Source: Eledone cirrhosa (taxonomy: Eukaryota). Taken from it: a stretch of 64,000 bases of DNA. The position numbers were made by a program, and so were the translations under genes. The notes beneath the pieces are model-generated. The model worked only from the letters and a program-made list of their open reading frames with translations. It made no database searches and had not been told where the DNA came from. Location of the stretch: positions 150,164,001-150,228,000 of the forward strand of contig OZ024740.1 of NCBI GenBank assembly GCA_964016885.1, read 5' to 3'. Positions within the stretch are counted from its first letter, which is position 1, and each line of letters begins with the position of its first letter. Positions 51,510-64,000 of this stretch are shown here, one piece after another.

Positions 51510-52783
51510 TCAGATTTTTTATCAACCCCAGAAGGATGAAAGGAAAAGTTGACCTCGACGGAATTTAAACACCAAATGTAAAGAGACACAACAAATACTG
51601 CAATGTCATATTATACGACAGTTTACCAATTCTGCCAATCACCACCCTTTATTTTCATAATATTAGTCAGTGAATAATATTGCTTTTTTTCTTCTTCATT
51701 CTATAATTATTTTAGGCGACGAATTCCCAGAGTCGCCTGAACGTCGGATAGAATGCATTAAGGTATTAGTTCCGGCTCTCTACTCACTGAGTTCAAATCC
51801 CACCGAAGTCAACTTTGCCTTTCATCCTTTCGAGGTCGATAAAAAAAGTACCAGTCTAGTACTGGGATCGATTCTTCCTCTATATCTCTTTCTAATTTTC
51901 TATCTTTCTCTGAAAGAAATATGCTGTACTCAGGCCTGGAGAGGGAGGGGCTCCGCTAAGTTTTAAATGCCCAAGAAATGTCGTATGTCAATATGGCGCC
52001 CCTACGACATCCCCTGGAGTTACGGGACCATACATACATACATGCATAGTTATTTCAAATATGTTAACATTAACTCAGCTATTAACATTTTTAAAAAAAG
52101 CTTCTTTTGATATTTCCACAAAATAAATAATTGTTTCTACTTTTGGCACAAGGCCTGTAATTATCCCAGTGCATTACTGGTACTTTATTTTATCGACCTC
52201 ATAAGGATGAAAGGATTTGAACTCAGACCGTAAAAGGGCGTAACTCTATGCTGCAAAGCATAGCGTCTGACCCTCTTCCCATACTGCCAATAATGGTGGT
52301 AAGCCACTCAATTAAGTCATGACGGAATTTGAATTCTGAACGCTACAAAGAAAAAAAGTAGTAGCAGCAATAGCAAAAACGTTTTTTGTGTGTTTGAACA
52401 ATACAAGCGAAAATAGACTAGAGGATGGAAGTTTTCATGTGTGAAAAAATATGTCTGTCTTTGTGTGTGAATGTATACAAATTTAGGGAGCTGTGAAGAG
52501 AAAAGAGGAGTAGTAGTAGATTTTCTTTATGTCTGGAAGCTTTAGTGCTAATGATATCACTGGACCAGTGAGAGATTCAATAGACCCCACTCATTTTTCT
52601 TTTTTTCTTTCTCTCTTTTATGCGTTTATATTTGTGTTTGTAATGTTCTTCTGAACGAATTGCGAGCAGTTTATAATGTTGTTTACACATTTATAATTGT
52701 TTCTACTTTTGGCACACGGCCAGCAATAACCCAGTACATTACTGGTACTTTATTTTATCGACCCCGTAAGGATGAAAGGCAAT
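51510..52783. mobile_element. Cluster of SINE family A copies (~51517-, ~51713+, 52128-, 52695-)
   Basis: aggatgaaaggcaaagt / aattgtttctacttttggcac motifs. Confidence 0.8.
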
Positions 52784-52934
52784 GTTATCTATCTATATCG
52801 TGGTAGTGTCAGTAATGGTGGTGGTGTTGTAGTTATTAAAACTATGCCCTGAAATCATCTCATATGACAGTAACATATGGGTCTTAGTAAACTTCAATAC
52901 AATATAATTGTTATATATATATATATATATATGA

Positions 52935-54110
52935 ATCACTACCTCCCTACGGACAACTGACGCTGCACACCAGGTCCGAACACCCCACTGTCATTGCCTT
53001 CATCTCTCTCGCCCTCCCCATCTCTTTGTATTATGAGTAAATGGGGTCCCACATGATCCCGGCGAACAGAATGGAGAAGGCGTTTCCCCGGAGGATGGTA
53101 AGGGAGATGCGCTGGAAGAGCCATTCCATCTCACGAGGCTCACACCTGCAGCTAGCCAGCTCAGCGACTATGGTGGTAAGTAGGGAGGTAGCCCTAGTGC
53201 CAAGGACACCAGAAGTTTCCACTGTTAGGAGCTCGACCGCAAACCTGTCGGAGAGCGACTGATACTTGGAGAGTTTGCCCTTCTCAGCCTGAAGTTCAGC
53301 AGAACCTGGGTTAGTCGCAGACTGCACCAGGTTGTGTCTGGAGAATGTGTCCCAGACGAGGGGTTTGCCACTGTGGAACGGGAAGATAGTCGTACCGTCT
53401 GGCCTTTTGCCATCCTCTCGGTCCAACCATACCGGTTTCAGTTGGGAGGGAAACCCTGCAGCATCCAAGCCATGCTTTATGACCTTGTTGAGTGCAGCAT
53501 GGCGTGGAAGGCGGCCAGCACTGTAGCGACAGAAAAATGGGTGGAGGCCAAAAGAGTCTACAGTAGATCTGCAGTGACACTTGTGTGGCTCGCAGATCCT
53601 TAGGCCAAGCGGTGCTGGTGCGCTAGCCTGTCTGAGGCCAGGTTGCACTGGATGGCATTGCAAATAGTCTGGGGGGGGGGGGGATGTCAGCAGGGGAAGA
53701 AGGAGGAGGGACTGTCTACTGGGCTAAGTCCAAGCCGGTTCCACGACTTGCAGGTGGCCTCACATTCCTCGATCACAGTGGGTTCCATTGTGTTTAGGAT
53801 AACCTTGTTGACGAGGACGCAGCATGAGGTTACTGACGAAAGAAATGCTGGCAAAGCCAGTGAGATCGGGGACTGGGTACCAAGGCCACCATATCTAACA
53901 GGTAAAGTGGCCTGTTGCCATCCAATGTCGTCAAACCTGATGTTGCATATCTCCTCAGCTGTCGCTCGAATACAAGTGTCGAGGTCAGCAATGAGAGATG
54001 CGTGGCTGTAGCACGGAGCACTACGAAGAGTATAGAGGAGCTTCAGCTTGGTGAAGCAGTTCCTCAACAGGAAGAGGGCTGGGTGTGTGTCAATCATGCC
54101 CAGTCAGCTC
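52935..54110 (-). mobile_element. 5'-truncated CRE-like non-LTR retrotransposon (RT C-terminus + restriction-like endonuclease)
   Basis: WQQATLPVRYGGLG; CHC..H...C zinc knuckle, RH..LN, RPDG, LVWD, VETSGVLG; 3' end abuts (TA)n. Confidence 0.85.
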
Positions 54111-54113
54111 ATA

Positions 54114-54689
54114 TCTATATCTATATATAATATAAAAGAGAGATGTTTATTGGCTCGTTGGTTGAATCACACGAAAACTAAACACACACGCACACACAAA
54201 TACATACACACACATCTAAAGAGAGACACAGAGAGAAAGGTAGAAATAGAGAGATATGCCGTTATACAGAGAGAGATACAATTAAAGTGTTAGATATTTA
54301 GGGAGAGAGAAAGAGAGTGACGTCCCACAAAAGTCTAGAATCGGCTTAAACTATAGGTCAAAGTATCAGTTTTAATAATATTGCATTAGCTTTTATAAAG
54401 TCGTTTTACAGTCTTTGAATTTACAGAACAAAGAAAAATTGATACTACTTGAAATTAATCTACCCTCCAGCTTTTATCCATGTACTACTTACAGACCGTA
54501 CTAACGAAGCTAAACACTTCAGAAGCAATGTTATGTGGTATATAGTTGCGTTTCAGATGACGTCCTTTGGAGCTGAAAAAGATCATACTGACTATGGTTA
54601 TTTCACATTTAAAATCCAAGGCCAATGCTACCATTTAATCAGCAGTTTACTCTCCCAGCCTAATAAGGAAGTTTAATGATTGTATTTTT

Positions 54690-54770
<81 letters not shown>

Positions 54771-54887
54771 GGCACACTCACATTACGGTCTCACCTCATA
54801 CCAGACAACACATCCAATACAGTCGATTTCTCTTTTATCCATCTTTTCTTAACTGTTCTCCCGGGTGAAGCCAGGTACCTCAGCTAG
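54114..54887 (+). mobile_element. Non-autonomous Helitron with a RepHel N-terminal fragment
   Basis: A|TC start (tctatatctatatataatataaaa), AFQMTSFGA..TFKIQGQCYHLISSLL remnant, subterminal GC-rich hairpin cccgggtgaagccaggt, CTAG|T end; internal (TC)n. Confidence 0.88.
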
Positions 54888-55000
54888 TTTATGTATATAT
54901 TTAAAATGCTATTTATACAACTGTGCTAGTTTATGTATATATTTGTTATACAACTGTGCTAGTTTATGTATATATTTGTAATGCTATTTATACAACTGTG
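54884..55000 (+). repeat. 3x tandem repeat (42/33/42 bp) starting at the Helitron terminal CTAG
   Basis: ctagtttatgtatatattt...tatacaactgtg at 54884, 54926, 54959. Confidence 0.9.
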
Positions 55001-56399
55001 AATAAAATAAATGTTATGATAGGCGTCCTGAAAGGCAGTGAGGCAGTAGAGGAGTCACTGGCAAGGAATAAGGAGAGAGGAATGGGAGTAAAAAATACAA
55101 ATTAGAAGTTATTTTTAAACTGTCACCGTTATTCAATAAATGCTTAAATAACATTTTTTTTTAAATATTAAAATCTAATTTCCAATGTATAATTTTTTAT
55201 CAACTTTACATGAGGGAGGTGCTGTGCCTGATGAAATATATTATCTAAAATTGGGGGAAGGTGGTTATTAAAAAAAGTTAGAGAACATCAGCATGGGTGA
55301 ATAGTTTTATTATCGGCATGACGATGATGTTGGTTGTAATGATGACTATGACGATGAGAATAGTAGTGCCGATGGTAGTAGTGCTTTTTTTTTTTAGCCT
55401 CAGGTCAGCCCTATGATCAAAGGAATTCCATCCGTATTTTGTCTTTTTCTAAAATATGATTTGAATGAGATTTAGCTGCTATTTCTAGCGGGTCGACAAC
55501 TACATCGATGCCCCTTTGGTATACCTAAGATTTTCTGACTTCTTTCGTACCAGATTATCCATTTTTTCTGATTAATGGAGGTCAGAATAAAAAAATATGT
55601 AGTCTTTCGATAGGACTTTTTAAACTATCCACAGTAACCTCAGGTTATCCAGACAATTTTTCATGCATATTATATTACTAGATAAACTGTAATACCTTTC
55701 CAGGCCCTATGACCAGGACCAGTACTACAAATAGGCCCACTAGGCAACCAAACTAACCTGTTTTGGTTCTTTTAAATCAAATTGTTTTTGTGCTTCTGTA
55801 AATAATTTTCTTTGTTTCGGGCATTTACTTTTTCCAACCACTAATGGCTCACAGTTGGAGCATCCTTGGCTAGAGTTACTATCCTTAGATTATTTAAATT
55901 CCATGGGTGCTTCATCCCCCATTGACAAGGTTGGTGATTTATTGTGTGAATACTAAGTAAATGGACAATAGTTATAAAACAAGTAAAAAAAGAAAAGGAA
56001 AGCCATGCACAATCCATCAATTACACACTACAAGGAAAACAGATATGAGATTTACCACATAGTTTCATACTTTCTCAGAACCGAAGTTCTTGTCAGCTAT
56101 GAGATTCACAAACACAGCTACATACTCAGTGGTTACTTCATAGTTTGCAGTTTTTCACTACATAATTTACGCACTCAATTTCAGTTAGTATAACTAGTAA
56201 ACCATAGTTTGAAAAAATAAGCTTGCCCATTTCAGCTTTGGGGACTACCCTCCTATTTTTTAATGGTTTAAGTCTGTCTCAAGCCTGGCGGCTCATCAGG
56301 CTGGTGTTTATCCAGGTTTCTGTGGCATTAAGCGACTAAGAGTACAAGACTCCATCTGAACAGGACGCATTTTCAGCTGAGTATAATGGAGCAGAACTT

Positions 56400-57670
56400 A
56401 AAATGGCAGTCAACCTAAGGATTGGGGTATATCAGGCCTTTCTCCAATTCTAAAGAAAGGCTATCTGCGCTTCACAGAGGCATATCTATCACTCGTGTTG
56501 ACTCTAAGATCTTAATCACTGTTTGCTGAACATAATCTCTCCAATTATCGATCCAGTTCTCCATCCAAGCCAAAACAATTTCCAAAAAAGTAGATCCACA
56601 ACATCTCACCTTCTTGCTTTACATAGAATTGTTGAGCAGCTTAAGAATTATGACAAGGAACCAATTTTAAGGTTTATTGATTTCCGTAAAGCTTTTGATT
56701 CAGTTGATCGTATCAAGCTTCTCCTGATTCTTAAATTTATGGAATTCCTCCTGATGTGGTTGCTGCTATTTATGCCACGTATGAGAACACTTCAGATGTT
56801 GTTCTTACACCTGGTGTTTTGCAGGGTGATCCACGTCTCCATTCCTTTTTATAATATGTTTGGACTATGCCCTTCACACTGCCATCACAGATACTGATAG
56901 ATGTCAGAGTTGCCTTCATCAAGCTATTGTGCTCCCTGAATTTGACTATGCAGATGACATTGCTCTTCTGGAGGATAGTATAGAAGCCACTCAGGAGCTC
57001 CTCCATCATGTCGAGACTGCCTGTGAGGAGGTGGGTTTGTTTCTCAATGCTTTGAAGGCTAAATTCATGCATTTGAATCCATCCATTCTAAGTCAACTGC
57101 ATGCTTCTGATGGTTCACCTATCTAACAGATTCAGGAGTTTAAGTATCTGGGTGGTTATATTGACTCTGAGCATGATATGACCACCAGAATTGGTCAAGC
57201 ATGGAGTGCAATAAATTTACTGCAAAAGGGCTGGAAAGCTCCCATCTACAAAGTGCAGGGTCTTCAAGGCTACTGTCATGGCCACTTACTATCCAAGTCC
57301 TGGATACTAGGTGTCACCTGCTCAAGATATAATGTGTAATGTTCAACATTTCGTGGCAAAGTCACACTACTAACAACGTTCTTTATGGTGACCTGCCACA
57401 AGTTTCCTTGAAAGTTCAATCCCGTTGCTTGGCTGTTGCTGGTCATGTTTCCTGCCACGATGGACCTGCTGAGAAACTGCTTCTCTGGTCATCAGATGCA
57501 AAGCGCCGAGTAGGATGTCCAAACATAACCATCAGGACTCTGTTGGCGAGGGACACTGGCCTCACTGGATGGAATCTTCTTGCTATGGTGAGAAATCGGG
57601 AAGTTTGGAATAAGAACTTTGTGTATGCTTCACCTTCGATGGAGGGATGACTCAAGAAAAAGAAGAAGAA
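56400..57670 (+). mobile_element. 5'-truncated RTE-group LINE inserted in a minus-strand SINE (56273-56395 and 57671-57755)
   Basis: FIDFRKAFDSVDR, DYADDIALL, FKYLG; (GAA)n tail; TSD-like ta(a/c)tggagca; uninterrupted SINE homolog at 58300-58580. Confidence 0.85.
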
Positions 57671-58299
57671 TACTGGAGCAACATGAAATGAACTGTTTTA
57701 CTCAAGAACATAACACACAACCCAGTCCAGGAATTGAACCTCCACTTACCACTAGACCCACACTTTTTAATGGTGCAAATATGATGATATGCTTATTCTG
57801 CCTTAGAATTAGAGAGTCCACCCAGAATGTTCTGAAGCTACCCACCTAAGCACCAAAGCCAGACGACAGGTCTGATCATAAGTATGAAAGTACAATATAT
57901 GAGAGATATAATTGAGATATTTATTTTATCAAACTGTTGCTGACATAATTGACAATTTTTAAACTCATATTTCTCAGTGGTATCCAATTCACTGATTTTT
58001 CGTATATTTTTATTGATTATTCTTAAAATTAATCTTCTCTAATGCAACTAGTTACTATCTCGAATGCCCGATATCCTTCCATACTCATGAATCATAAACG
58101 TAAATTTTGGGGACCAATGTTTGCTAAGCATACCCAGTTATTTATAATACAACTCAGCTTGATCTATTTACAAGTATACTTCATCACTCCAACGTTGTTG
58201 AAACCATTCAACTGGATTTCATCATTTTTCTTATGTTTATTATTTTTTTTGTTAAGAATTGTAATATTCTCTCTCTATATATTATGATCTAACCTAATC

Positions 58300-58580
58300 T
58301 AAGTTTGTCTTAAGCCAGAAGGCTCATTAGGCTAGTGCTTATCCTGGTTTCATGGCATGAAGCGACTGAGAGTACAAGACTCCCACTGGACAGGATGCCA
58401 GTCCATCGCAGGGTTAAACCCCCAGCTATTGCTGGTACTCATTTTCAGCTGAGTATACTGGAGCAACATGAAAAGAAGTGTTTTGATGAAGAACACAACA
58501 CACAAACCAGCCCAGGTATTGAACCCATAGCATTATGATCATAAGTCCAACACCCTTACCACTAGGCCACGTGCCTCCAC
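58300..58580 (-). mobile_element. tRNA-derived SINE (family B-related head, different tail)
   Basis: Reverse complement begins gtggaggcacgtggcctagtggtaagg...gggttcaatacc. Confidence 0.8.
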
Positions 58581-59461
58581 AAATGAACCAATACCATATC
58601 TCAAATAGCTTTCATACTGAAACATGACAGTCTAATTCTCTTACCACTTTCAATTTTTCTTATGTCGATATAAACTTGTGTTTGGCCCACCTCTGATACT
58701 TGCACAGCATGGACGTCATAACTAAGGAAGCAAAATAGGTTGGGAATTTTCCCAAATCACTGAAGCTGTTACTGCAACAACCAATGTTTAGACATTCAGA
58801 TGATTGCAAATAGCACACAGCTCTGCCTGTGGCCATGCAGTGAACTAATTTGATGAATCGCATGAACTAAAATTGTCTGGATTAAAAGAGAATCCGAATT
58901 ACCAGGTGCCGGAATATATGGATCTCATTTCAGAAATTTTTGTTAGTCAAAGATTTCTTGAAAAATTATATTAATAGACAAAAGGTATGTAATTTAAAAC
59001 AGCATGTTGTGCGACTTAATTTATAATGTTTATCTGGTGGGTTTTTCTTTTAATATTTATGAGGTATGGAGCTGCTATTTCTAGCATATGTGACATTGAA
59101 GAGTTTGATGTTTTGCAAAATTTATAGTTGTAACAAAGTATTTAGCTGCTATTTAAGAAATGTTGGTTGACATCAGGCATTACTGGGAAGTTTTGTGACA
59201 CCCTCCATATTTACCTGACCGTGTCAACCCCAAATAGGATTTAATAGCTAGGTATGGCATGATTTATAGCTAGAATATAACTGTACAAAAACTCTATACA
59301 CAAATATTTATTAAAGTAAAATTAAGTACTTGAAAGATTTATTACCCATCATCCATTTTATAACAGCATATTAATGTCAATGGTATCCTGGCTTTTTGCC
59401 CATTTAAGTAGTGTTATCATCAGCTGTACATTTTCTACATGTTGCTAATGTTCCAGTAGCA

Positions 59462-59686
59462 TTAACCCTTTAGCATCTATACCGGCCATATCCGGCCAGA
59501 ATTCTCTGACCTCTTTCTGTTCAAACCAGCAATATTCGGCCACTCATACCAATGTTAAGGTATTGTTTTCAAAATAAATATCAAAATCTCATAGCTTTGA
59601 CATTATGTGAGATAATTATATGAAGTAAAGCCTTTTCTGTGAAAATACAATAGTAAATATGGAGTAATGTAAATGCTAAAGGGTTA
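59462..59686. mobile_element. piggyBac-type MITE
   Basis: Homologous to 32762-32986 end to end. Confidence 0.85.
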
Positions 59687-60869
59687 TGTAGTGTCATCAT
59701 CAACTGTACATTTTTCATATGTTGCTAATGACTCAGTAGCTTTTAGCACTCTATTGGAGGAGTTCATAGTCGCAACAACAGTTGTTATGCCTCATGAAAT
59801 CAAATTTTATGCACAAAATTGCATGCAAAGGCTTCAATTGCATTTTAGTCCTTAGGCTTGATTTTATATTATCCATACTACTGAATAGTCTGTCAATTTG
59901 TGCATTGGAATGATGAAATATCAAAGTTGTTATGATACAGTCTACATGCTCTTAAAACATACCAGAAGCATCTCTATATTAAGGTAATTAACTCAAAAAG
60001 ATTTCAGTTTGAGTGTTATTTGTCCATTCTACTAAATACATTTTTTTGAAATTGAGACTGTGAAAAAGCCATAGTATATCTGTGGTCCCTAAGCTTTTCA
60101 TTTACTTACAAAGAGAATTATATTCCTTAACAGGCCGAAGAACATTTTTGACAAAGAGAAATGATATTTTCTTTAAAATTTCAAAATTTTCAGGCAACCT
60201 TTATTTCAATTGTTGGAAAAGACAACAAATCCTGTTGACATTGCTTCCTCATGCATAATTCATCTTTATCTGTAATTTTACATTGGCTTTTTAATTTGTC
60301 AATTTTGTTTCCAATTCTATAGCCTAAATATGGTTTAGCATCTAATGTTAGAATGATTAATTTATCTCCATATGATTGCACAAGCAATGTCAGGTCTCCT
60401 AATAATTTTAGTTTATCAGCATTGAGAGATCACAGTTCTGATACTATGGGCATGTGATTAGAGTGTCTCGGAAAAGAATCGCTGCACAGATTTTATGGGT
60501 AAAACAAATTGGGAAGAGACCCAGGGGTGGACTCTGAACAAAATGGTTGGATAACATCCATGATCTTGGCTGGTCTCGCTTGGGGATCCAGCCGGATCAG
60601 TTGGAGACTGTTGTTTCTGACAGGACCAGCTGGATGGAGTGTTTGAGGACTCCCCCCCCCCCCCCGTGACCCTCTCAGGAATAAGTGGGAGAAGAAGAAG
60701 CAGAGGAAGAAGAAGAAGAAGAGGAAGAAGCAGAAGAAAAAGAAGAAGCATTGTTAGACTCAAAAGGATTTATTCACAAGCTGTACATCTGTAATGGGTG
60801 TATGGAAAGTAGAAATGCTAGATTCCTCTCACCAGAATACATATCATACAATACTTCACACATAGGGCA

Positions 60870-62203
60870 CAGGTGCCTTCAGGGAAATGGCCATGTTCAG
60901 TGTGTAGGAAAGGAGTAGGCAGAAATTCAATTTTATGTCCCAAATGCAAAGTATAGGTACATAAAAGATGTAGTGTGATCACAGGTAAACTATCTAAGAA
61001 TGTAGACTTTATATGTGGTCGATGCTCAGGTGCAATAGGTAGCAAGTGTCCACAGGATACTAGCCCCTTCTATTGCCCAGATGGTTCTATAGAAATATAG
61101 ACACTTTCCGTTACCTGGGTGACGAAATCAGCAGTGGTGGAGTGTGTTCTGAAAGTACAGTAGCCAGAGTCAGAACGGGATGGAAAAAGTTCAGCGAGCT
61201 TATACCGCTGTTGGCCACAAAAGGTTTCTCTCTAAAAATGAAAGGCAGATTGTATGATGCTTGTATACGAACAGCAATGCTACATGGCAGTGAGACTTGG
61301 GCATTACGTGCAGAGGACCTGCGTAGACTGGAAAGGAACGAAGCATGCATGCTCCGTTGGATGTGTAATAGTAATATACGTGAACGGCAAAGCATAAATG
61401 AACTAAGTGAGAAATTAGGAATAAGAGGGATCAGATGCTGTTTACTCGAGAGAAGACTACGTTGGTATGGCCACGTGATGCGCATGAAAGACGACAGCTG
61501 TATAAAAAAGTGCAGGGCGATCAAAATTGATGGTAGTTACGGAGTAGGTAGACCCAGAAAAACCTGGGACGATCTGATAAATTCCAACCTTACACACTTG
61601 CACCTCTCTAAGACAATGTCACTGGACCGAGATCTTTGGCGCTACGCAATAATATAGAAGACCCGCCTTGCCTATGTACCAAGCGAAACCTACAGTCAGT
61701 AGGTACCTCTTAACCAAATATACACCTCAATCCACTACCCTACCCTATCCTCCCACTCCCACCAACACCACCCTCTCTCTAAAGTTGGTACCACAACATC
61801 CAGTCCAAATAAATGAGATAATTGTTTCTACTTTTGGCACAAGGCCAGCAATTATCCCAGTGTATTACTGGTACTTTATTTTATCGACCCCGTAAGGATG
61901 AAAGGCAAAGTTAATAAATGAGATAATGAGATCGAGTTCGAGATCGTGTAGGTGTCACGAGAAAAAATACCCAGTCCACGTTGTAATGTGGCCGTGTAGG
62001 TAACACGGTAAAAAGTTCCCAGTTCCACACTGTAAATGTGGTTGGTGTTAGGAAGGGCATCCAGTCGTAGAAAACCTGCCAGATAGTCCTATATGAGCGA
62101 GACATGGTCACCCGAGCAACCTTGCCTCAAGTGGGACAACTCCCGTCTAACCCATGCTAGCGTGGAAAATGGACGTTAAACGAAGATGATGATGATGATG
62201 ATA
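60870..62203 (+). mobile_element. 5'-truncated RTE LINE closely related to the intact copy, with a SINE A fragment (61820-61912) in its 3' UTR
   Basis: ORF 61073..61657 is nearly identical to the C-terminus of the 995-aa ORF; (GAT)n tail; SINE TSD aataaatgagataat. Confidence 0.93.
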
Positions 62204-62611
62204 TATCACTTCTCTGAAAATCTTGAGATTTCAAAGTGTGTTTTTAATTATAACCATTGAGCCATAGCACTTTCCATGACAGATTCTTTGGACAACCAAC
62301 TTGTTTTGCAGCTCATAGGAATTTCCAAGGGCATTTTGTCTTCATTTATTCCCTGAGAGAAGGTTTTGTAAGCTATCTTATTGATGAATAAGCAATCCAA
62401 GGAAAAGTGAGACTGCTAAGTGGAGTGAGTGACATGTGCATTTCAGCAAACAAGTATAGGAATTTCAATTTTCAGCTTTTCATACACATCATTATTGATT
62501 CCTATCAACACACTTGCATTGTCTGTGCCTATACCAACAAGATTCTCTATTTTCAATCCTCTCTAAAGCAATTCAGATTTTACAGCCTTGACAATTTCCA
62601 AAAATGGCAGC

Positions 62612-62779
62612 TTAACCCTTTAGCATTCACATTACTCTATATATACTATTATATTTTCATGGTAAATGCTTTATCTTATATAATTATCACACATAATATC
62701 GAATCTATGAGATTTTGAAAGTATTTATTTTGAGAACAATACCTTAACATCAGTTTGAGTGACCAGTTACAGCCAGTTT
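62612..62779. mobile_element. piggyBac-type MITE
   Basis: ttaaccctttagcatt ... aacattaaagagttaa. Confidence 0.75.
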
Positions 62780-63689
62780 CAACAGAAAAAGGTAGAGAAA
62801 TCTGGCCGGTTTTGGCCGGTTTGAACATTAAAGAGTTAAGAGCGATAAAAAATATACAGCTCCGTACTAGTTTCTTCTATTAATCTTTTGAAGAACAGAT
62901 TTTATACTACAAGGTAACACCAACATCATTGTTATCATATTTTTAACATTTACCGTCCTATCCATGTTGTGGAAGCTTAAAAACAAACACTCTATTTTCT
63001 ATTTTTTTTAATATATGTATATATGTAAATTGTAGCTGTGATGTGCATATATGTCTTTATATGGTTGAATGCCTGTGTGTGTCTGGGTATATCTACCATT
63101 TTACATGTGATTAGTTTTTAAGGGGTTGTCAAGCTCTTTCATGCATATCTATGTGCGTTTGCATTGAGGGCTAAACATTGGTGTGATTCATTTTCAACCG
63201 TTCCAGTAGTCTAATGTATGAAGTCCAAAGTAAATAGATTAAAATTGACCAAGTATATTCAAAAATGAAGGGAGGGGAAAATTGATTTATTAATTAGTCA
63301 ATTTCAGGCCCTCTAGCCAAAGTTAGTCTAAACAATGTGTCACTCAAAGGACCACAGGTTACCGTTCGATGGATTAATACACTTCACCAATGCCCACATA
63401 TCGACGAAAATAGTATAAAGATGGACATATAGGTAGCAGATTACAAATTCTAGGTCGCTTCCATTGCACTATAAATTATAAGAGAGAGGCTACACATAGT
63501 TAACTTAATTATAAAAAATAGTCAAGAAAAATAGGTGTTTAGTTGAAGTTATTTCTGGTTTAATTAAATTGAACTAAGTTAAAAAAAAAAAATTAAAACC
63601 ATGGTTATCATTGAATCTAGGGGTCATTGAATATTTAATATATTATATATCGAATGTAATATGCAGTGTAGTACAATATAATATATACA

Positions 63690-63943
63690 ATTAACACATT
63701 TAACTCACCCACTGTTCATTTTCCTGACATTTGAACATTAATCTATGTACTATACATGCACCGTTGATGGATTGTAGTGCACCTGAGCACTGTACACAAT
63801 AATTTCATTCTGTATATTAAGAAATTTAACACACGCATATATATATATATTATTTTTTCATTTGAACATTATTCTATGTACTATACATGCACCTTTGATG
63901 AGCTGTAGTGTACCTGAGCACTGTACACAATAATTTCATTATT
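63690..63943 (+). mobile_element. Two tandem 3' ends of the CR1-like family
   Basis: tatgtactatacatgcacc..tgtagtg(c/t)acctgagcactgtacac twice; reverse complement of 3520-3600. Confidence 0.8.
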
Positions 63944-64000
63944 ATGGTGGATTGGCAGTATCGGTAGAGGGTTGGACGCCATGCTTTGGAGCATAGAGTT

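Noticed and set aside
56273-56340. Hammerhead-like CTGATGAG with a nearby GAAA on the minus strand
   Set aside because: Stem II cannot form and only one hairpin lies between the motifs; it is part of a SINE tail.
60458-60918. Signal-peptide-like and acidic ORFs
   Set aside because: Translations of a (GAA)n-type microsatellite.

Overview
AT-rich, repeat-dense animal genomic DNA, probably a coleoid cephalopod (octopus-like); this is inferred from the SINE/RTE repertoire and microsatellites, not proven. The only host gene is the 5' part of a transketolase (TKT) on the minus strand: five GT-AG coding exons (43619-43728, 11901-12018, 9775-9888, 8216-8313, 5103-5294) with a 31.6-kb first intron; later exons lie left of the window. 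The rest is mostly transposon sequence: an essentially intact RTE-clade LINE in intron 1 (APE + RT with a PHD-type zinc finger inside the RT, next to ~510-bp tandem monomers), decayed RTE, CR1-like, CRE-like and Penelope elements, piggyBac, mariner, hAT and Helitron remnants, LTR remnants and two tRNA-derived SINE families. Most notable: (i) the intact LINE lacks an in-frame AUG before its first endonuclease motif but has a candidate phase-2 splice acceptor there that would fuse TKT exon 1 in frame; (ii) the near-identical tandem monomers at its 5' end; (iii) a tRNA-iMet/SINE/RTE-tail chimera; (iv) a Penelope copy with an inverted 5' half. Transposon boundaries are approximate unless a terminal motif is quoted.
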